A DNA stretch of 64,000 nucleotides from a bacterium (GTDB lineage Bacteria > Zhuqueibacterota > Zhuqueibacteria > Residuimicrobiales > Krinioviventaceae): NCBI GenBank assembly GCA_963693055.1, contig OY843751.1:1120001-1184000 (forward strand), written 5' to 3'. Below the pieces are notes generated by a model. It was not told where the DNA came from. It saw nothing but the letters and a program-made list of their open reading frames with translations, and did no database searches. Below are positions 60,110-64,000 of this stretch, piece by piece; position 1 is the first letter of the stretch; the number at the start of each line of letters is the position of its first letter. A program made the translations under genes and the position numbers.

Positions 60110-61534
60110 ATGTTAAAAAAAAACTGGGCTTTTATATATACGGTTTTTGTTTTTCTATTCGATATAACGTTGTTTAATTTGGCATTTAGATTTGCTATTT
60201 ATTTGCGTTTCCCGGATCTAAAAGACATATCCATGTATTATGAACCCTGGTTGTTTGTGAATATTCTTTTTGTTGTGCTAATTATATCTTTGGGGGTTTA
60301 CCGTGATTTTATGCAGAACACTCGGGATGTAAATGTACTAAACCAGCGTAAGCTTGCGTTTTATCTTGCTCTTATTACCATGTCCGCATTGTTTTTGGTA
60401 AAAGGGCACGAGTATTCTCGCGGTGTTATTGTTATCTTTATATTGACTCAATACTTTTTGATTGACTTTGGAAATGCAATACTACTAAATTTGAATAAAC
60501 GGTTATTGTCTAAGGGCTTTGGTAAACGCAATACTGTTATTGTAGGTGTTGATGAAATGGCCAAAGAGTTTGGTGAAAAGCTCAAGAATATTTTTGGGGA
60601 TTATTACCATATCATTGGTCATATGGAGAATGGTAGGTTAACCGAGCCTGATCCTACATTAGAGAATTTTACTATAGGAAAGCTTGAAAACCTTGAACAT
60701 ATGTATAATGATTTAAATATTGAACAGATATTTATTGTATCTTCGTCAATGTCCTTTCAGAAATATGAAAAAGTACGTCAATTCTGTCAAAGCAAAAATA
60801 TTAAACTAAAAATGGTTTCTCATATCATATATGATTTAATGGGCAATGCTAAAGTTAAGGATGTGACCGGAGTGCCGTTGTCCACTATACAGGGACGCTA
60901 CCGTTTTGAAAAATTTCAATGTATTACTAAACGAACTTTGGATCTAGTGTTATTGGCTGTTTCTAGTGTGTTTTTATTACCCGCAGGATTTATAATTGCA
61001 TTGTTGATTCGACTTACCTCTCCTGGTCCTGTTTTTTTTAAACAAAAACGTGCGTTATACAAAGGTGGAAAAGAATTTTTGTTTTACAAGTTTCGAACCA
61101 TGTATAATAATGCAGATGAGATAAAAGGAAAACTGCTAAATGAAAATGAAAGTAATGGCGCATTATTTAAAATGAAAAACGATCCACGTATTACACCTGT
61201 TGGTCGTTTTTTAAGAAAATATAGTCTGGATGAAATTCCCCAATTTATAAATGTGTTAAAAGGGGACATGAGTATTGTAGGTCCCAGGCCATTACCTTTA
61301 AAAGATTTTGATATGATCAAAAATGATAAAATAAATTATGACTGGTACGAGAAACGAGGAGAAACAAAACCGGGAATAACTGGTTTGTGGCAAATTTCAG
61401 GACGTAGTGATTTGACATTTGAAGAAATGTGTTTACTGGATCTTTATTATATTGAAAATAAATCAGTATTTTTTGATCTGGAAATTATGTTTGAAACCGT
61501 TCCTGTTGTTTTATTTGGTAAAGGTGCATATTGA
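60110..61534 (+). CDS. Polyprenyl-phosphate sugar-1-phosphate transferase (WcaJ/WbaP-like)
   Basis: [48 protein letters not shown]. Confidence 0.93.
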   Translation: MLKKNWAFIYTVFVFLFDITLFNLAFRFAIYLRFPDLKDISMYYEPWLFVNILFVVLIISLGVYRDFMQNTRDVNVLNQRKLAFYLALITMSALFLVKGHEYSRGVIVIFILTQYFLIDFGNAILLNLNKRLLSKGFGKRNTVIVGVDEMAKEFGEKLKNIFGDYYHIIGHMENGRLTEPDPTLENFTIGKLENLEHMYNDLNIEQIFIVSSSMSFQKYEKVRQFCQSKNIKLKMVSHIIYDLMGNAKVKDVTGVPLSTIQGRYRFEKFQCITKRTLDLVLLAVSSVFLLPAGFIIALLIRLTSPGPVFFKQKRALYKGGKEFLFYKFRTMYNNADEIKGKLLNENESNGALFKMKNDPRITPVGRFLRKYSLDEIPQFINVLKGDMSIVGPRPLPLKDFDMIKNDKINYDWYEKRGETKPGITGLWQISGRSDLTFEEMCLLDLYYIENKSVFFDLEIMFETVPVVLFGKGAY

Positions 61535-61553
61535 TTTATTCAGAGAAGGACAA

Positions 61554-62510
61554 ATGAAAGATTATTTGAAAAAAAAGGTTTTAGTTACGGGTGGGGCTGG
61601 ATTTTTAGGAAGTCATCTTTGTGAACGGTTGCTCAAAGAAGGCAATGAAGTTGTTTGTGTTGACAATTATTATACCGGTACTAAGAATAATATAATAAAG
61701 ATTATTGATGATCCATATTTTGAGTTAATCCGGCACGATATTACATTTCCGGTTTATCTTGAAGTGGATGAGATTTATAATCTTGCTTGTCCTGCTTCTC
61801 CAATTCATTATCAAAGAGATCCGGTTCAAACAACTAAAACATCAGTTCATGGTGCTATTAATCTGCTTGGACTTGCCAAAAGACTCAAAATAAAAATATT
61901 GCAAGCCTCAACAAGTGAAGTTTATGGAGATCCTGCTGAACACCCACAAAAAGAATCCTATTGGGGAAATGTAAATCCAATCGGATTTCGTTCATGTTAC
62001 GATGAAGGCAAAAGATGTGCAGAAACCTTGTTTTTTGATTATCATAGACAGCATAATCTGCCTATCAAGGTAATTCGTATTTTTAATACTTATGGTCCAA
62101 GAATGCATCCGAATGATGGACGTGTAGTCAGTAATTTTATTATGCAGGCTTTGCAAAATAAAGATATTACGATTTATGGTGACGGAAGCCAAACCAGATC
62201 ATTTTGTTATGTTGACGATCTAATTAATGGAATGATAAAAATGATGGCATCACCAAAGGATTTTACTGGTCCTGTTAACCTTGGCAATCCCCACGAATCC
62301 ACAATCCTTGAAATTGCTGAATTAATAGTAGAGTTGATAAATTCCAAATCTAAAATAATATTTCAGGAGCTTCCTGCTGATGATCCGGTTATGCGCAAAC
62401 CTGATATTTCTCTGGCTAATGATAAGTTAAACTGGCAGCCATCTGTGGAATTGGTTGATGGATTGAAAAAAACAATCAACTATTTTGAAAATCTTGTTAC
62501 TAAAAAATAG
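61554..62510 (+). CDS. UDP-glucuronate decarboxylase (UDP-xylose synthase)
   Basis: [50 protein letters not shown]. Confidence 0.93.
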   Translation: MKDYLKKKVLVTGGAGFLGSHLCERLLKEGNEVVCVDNYYTGTKNNIIKIIDDPYFELIRHDITFPVYLEVDEIYNLACPASPIHYQRDPVQTTKTSVHGAINLLGLAKRLKIKILQASTSEVYGDPAEHPQKESYWGNVNPIGFRSCYDEGKRCAETLFFDYHRQHNLPIKVIRIFNTYGPRMHPNDGRVVSNFIMQALQNKDITIYGDGSQTRSFCYVDDLINGMIKMMASPKDFTGPVNLGNPHESTILEIAELIVELINSKSKIIFQELPADDPVMRKPDISLANDKLNWQPSVELVDGLKKTINYFENLVTKK

Positions 62511-62524
62511 ATATTGGATATTTT

Positions 62525-64000
62525 ATGAAACGAATAGTTTTTTTAGTAGTATCAGTTCTAATTTTTAATATAAATTTATCAGCAATGACTTCTGAAACAT
62601 TGCCAACCCATCATTGGATATATGTACTAATTTCAGAATTTCAGGCAAGAGGCTATTTCCTGGAATTATCTCAAATGAATATGCCTTATACCCGAGGCGA
62701 TGTAGCAAACGCAATTCTAAATAACAAAAATAAAATTAAAGATTTGAATTTATACCAAGGTTGGATCAATGAACTTGAAAGTGAGTTCAAAAACGAAATA
62801 ACCGAAATAAATTTCAAGTCCCAGGAAACGAAAAATACACTGGTATTTCGTACCAAAGTAAACGCAAATCTTGATAATAACTCTAAAGAAACCAAGTATA
62901 AGGGAATCTATAGGGGCGGTGTTGGTATTAATTTTACTGAAAATATTTTTGCATTTAGTGGTGTAAATTTTAATCAATATGATTTAGATGATCCTGAATA
63001 TGCTGGTTATGAATGGCGGGGTATAACTGGATACACAGAGCAGGCTTATATTTCTTTTCAAAATAAAAGATTTTTGCTAAAACTGGGAAGAGATTACTTG
63101 CGCTGGGGAACTGGTAAAAACGGGACATTGGTTATGTCCAACATCGCAAGACCTTTAGACCAGATCTATGGCGATGCAAAGGTTGGACCTTTTAAATTCA
63201 GTTTTTTTACCTCTGAATTGGATCAATACGGATCAATCTATACTGAGGATGCGATAATTCCTGTGCGCAGATTTTTATCAGGCCACCGATTGGATCTTGT
63301 GTTGTTTAACGGAAAATTGCAAGCATCTGTTTCTGAACTTATGTTATATGGTGGGCAAGATAAAACCTTTGATGTAGTTTACAGTAATCCATTTATATTC
63401 TGGCATGGTGCGAATTATAATAATAAAAGTAATTCTGGTAATGTTTTACCTACAGTAGATGTGTTATATTATCCTGTAAGCAACTGGAAACTGTATGGAT
63501 CATTATTGATTGATGATATTCAAGTTGAGAAAACGGGCCCTGGAGATTTAGAACCCAATGAAATAGGATTTATTGGCGGAACTGAATATGCTGAACCTAT
63601 GGGTATTTCAGGGATGACGGTCAATGCCGAGTATACACGGGTTGCTAATCGTACATACAAAACTCCAAATCCACTTGAAACGTTTATTCATCGTAATGTG
63701 CCATTGGGACATCCGCTGGGAAATGATTTTGAACAATTGAATCTAGGCGTTAAATATTGGGTGAATTCTTTTTTCAAGACAGAGATTGATTATTTTTATA
63801 CTAAAAATGGTGAAGGAAGTATTTATACAACCTGGGATGATCCATGGATGGATTTTACCGTAGATGAAGGGTATGATGAACCTTTTCCTTTTGGAACAGT
63901 TGAAAAGGAAAATAGTATACGATTTAAAGCAATGTTGAATTATAAATACTGGGCAAGGCTGAATTTGGAATTATTATCCAGTTCTATTAAAAACAAAGCA
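62525..64000 (+). CDS. Capsule assembly Wzi-family outer-membrane protein (runs off the window; absent from the ORF track)
   Basis: ATG 62525, signal peptide, GRDYLRWGTG..LVMSNIARPLD, SGHRLD, PLGHPLGND. Confidence 0.78.
   Translation, partial: MKRIVFLVVSVLIFNINLSAMTSETLPTHHWIYVLISEFQARGYFLELSQMNMPYTRGDVANAILNNKNKIKDLNLYQGWINELESEFKNEITEINFKSQETKNTLVFRTKVNANLDNNSKETKYKGIYRGGVGINFTENIFAFSGVNFNQYDLDDPEYAGYEWRGITGYTEQAYISFQNKRFLLKLGRDYLRWGTGKNGTLVMSNIARPLDQIYGDAKVGPFKFSFFTSELDQYGSIYTEDAIIPVRRFLSGHRLDLVLFNGKLQASVSELMLYGGQDKTFDVVYSNPFIFWHGANYNNKSNSGNVLPTVDVLYYPVSNWKLYGSLLIDDIQVEKTGPGDLEPNEIGFIGGTEYAEPMGISGMTVNAEYTRVANRTYKTPNPLETFIHRNVPLGHPLGNDFEQLNLGVKYWVNSFFKTEIDYFYTKNGEGSIYTTWDDPWMDFTVDEGYDEPFPFGTVEKENSIRFKAMLNYKYWARLNLELLSSSIKNKA

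Noticed and set aside
225-62977. Many short ORFs antisense to or overlapping long genes
   Set aside because: Shadow ORFs of well-supported genes, with no motifs or RBS.

Overview
Low-GC bacterial window in standard code 11 (several genes end in TGA). C-terminal FlgD-Ig sorting domains and many lipoproteins suggest an FCB-related lineage such as KSB1 or Calditrichota (inference). Layout: (1) 0.2-8.8 kb, secreted carbohydrate-related enzymes. (2) 8.85-21.4 kb, accessory array: three unrelated beta-propeller lipoprotein genes, each behind a copy of the same palindrome, sigma70 promoter and conserved leader, then IS3, IS256 and IS4-like elements and a triply inactivated lipoprotein / OB-fold / metalloprotease-FlgD operon. 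(3) 22.8-27.7 kb, the best candidate system: a sigma54-driven, Rex-boxed operon whose first two ORFs join across an in-frame UGA with a SECIS-like hairpin into an 11-heme lipoprotein selenocytochrome (GEG-U-GG), followed by a tandem-rhodanese lipoprotein, a beta-barrel and a 12-heme cytochrome, i.e. a putative porin-cytochrome conduit for extracellular S/Se chemistry. (4) SRAP, cydAB, two kinase-less 7TM-PAS sensors, a nitroreductase pseudogene and an AlkC-like gene. (5) 37.9-64 kb, a Wzx/Wzy polysaccharide locus with PAPS synthesis genes but no recognisable sulfotransferase and a very AT-rich core. All calls were made by eye from motifs; no searches were run.
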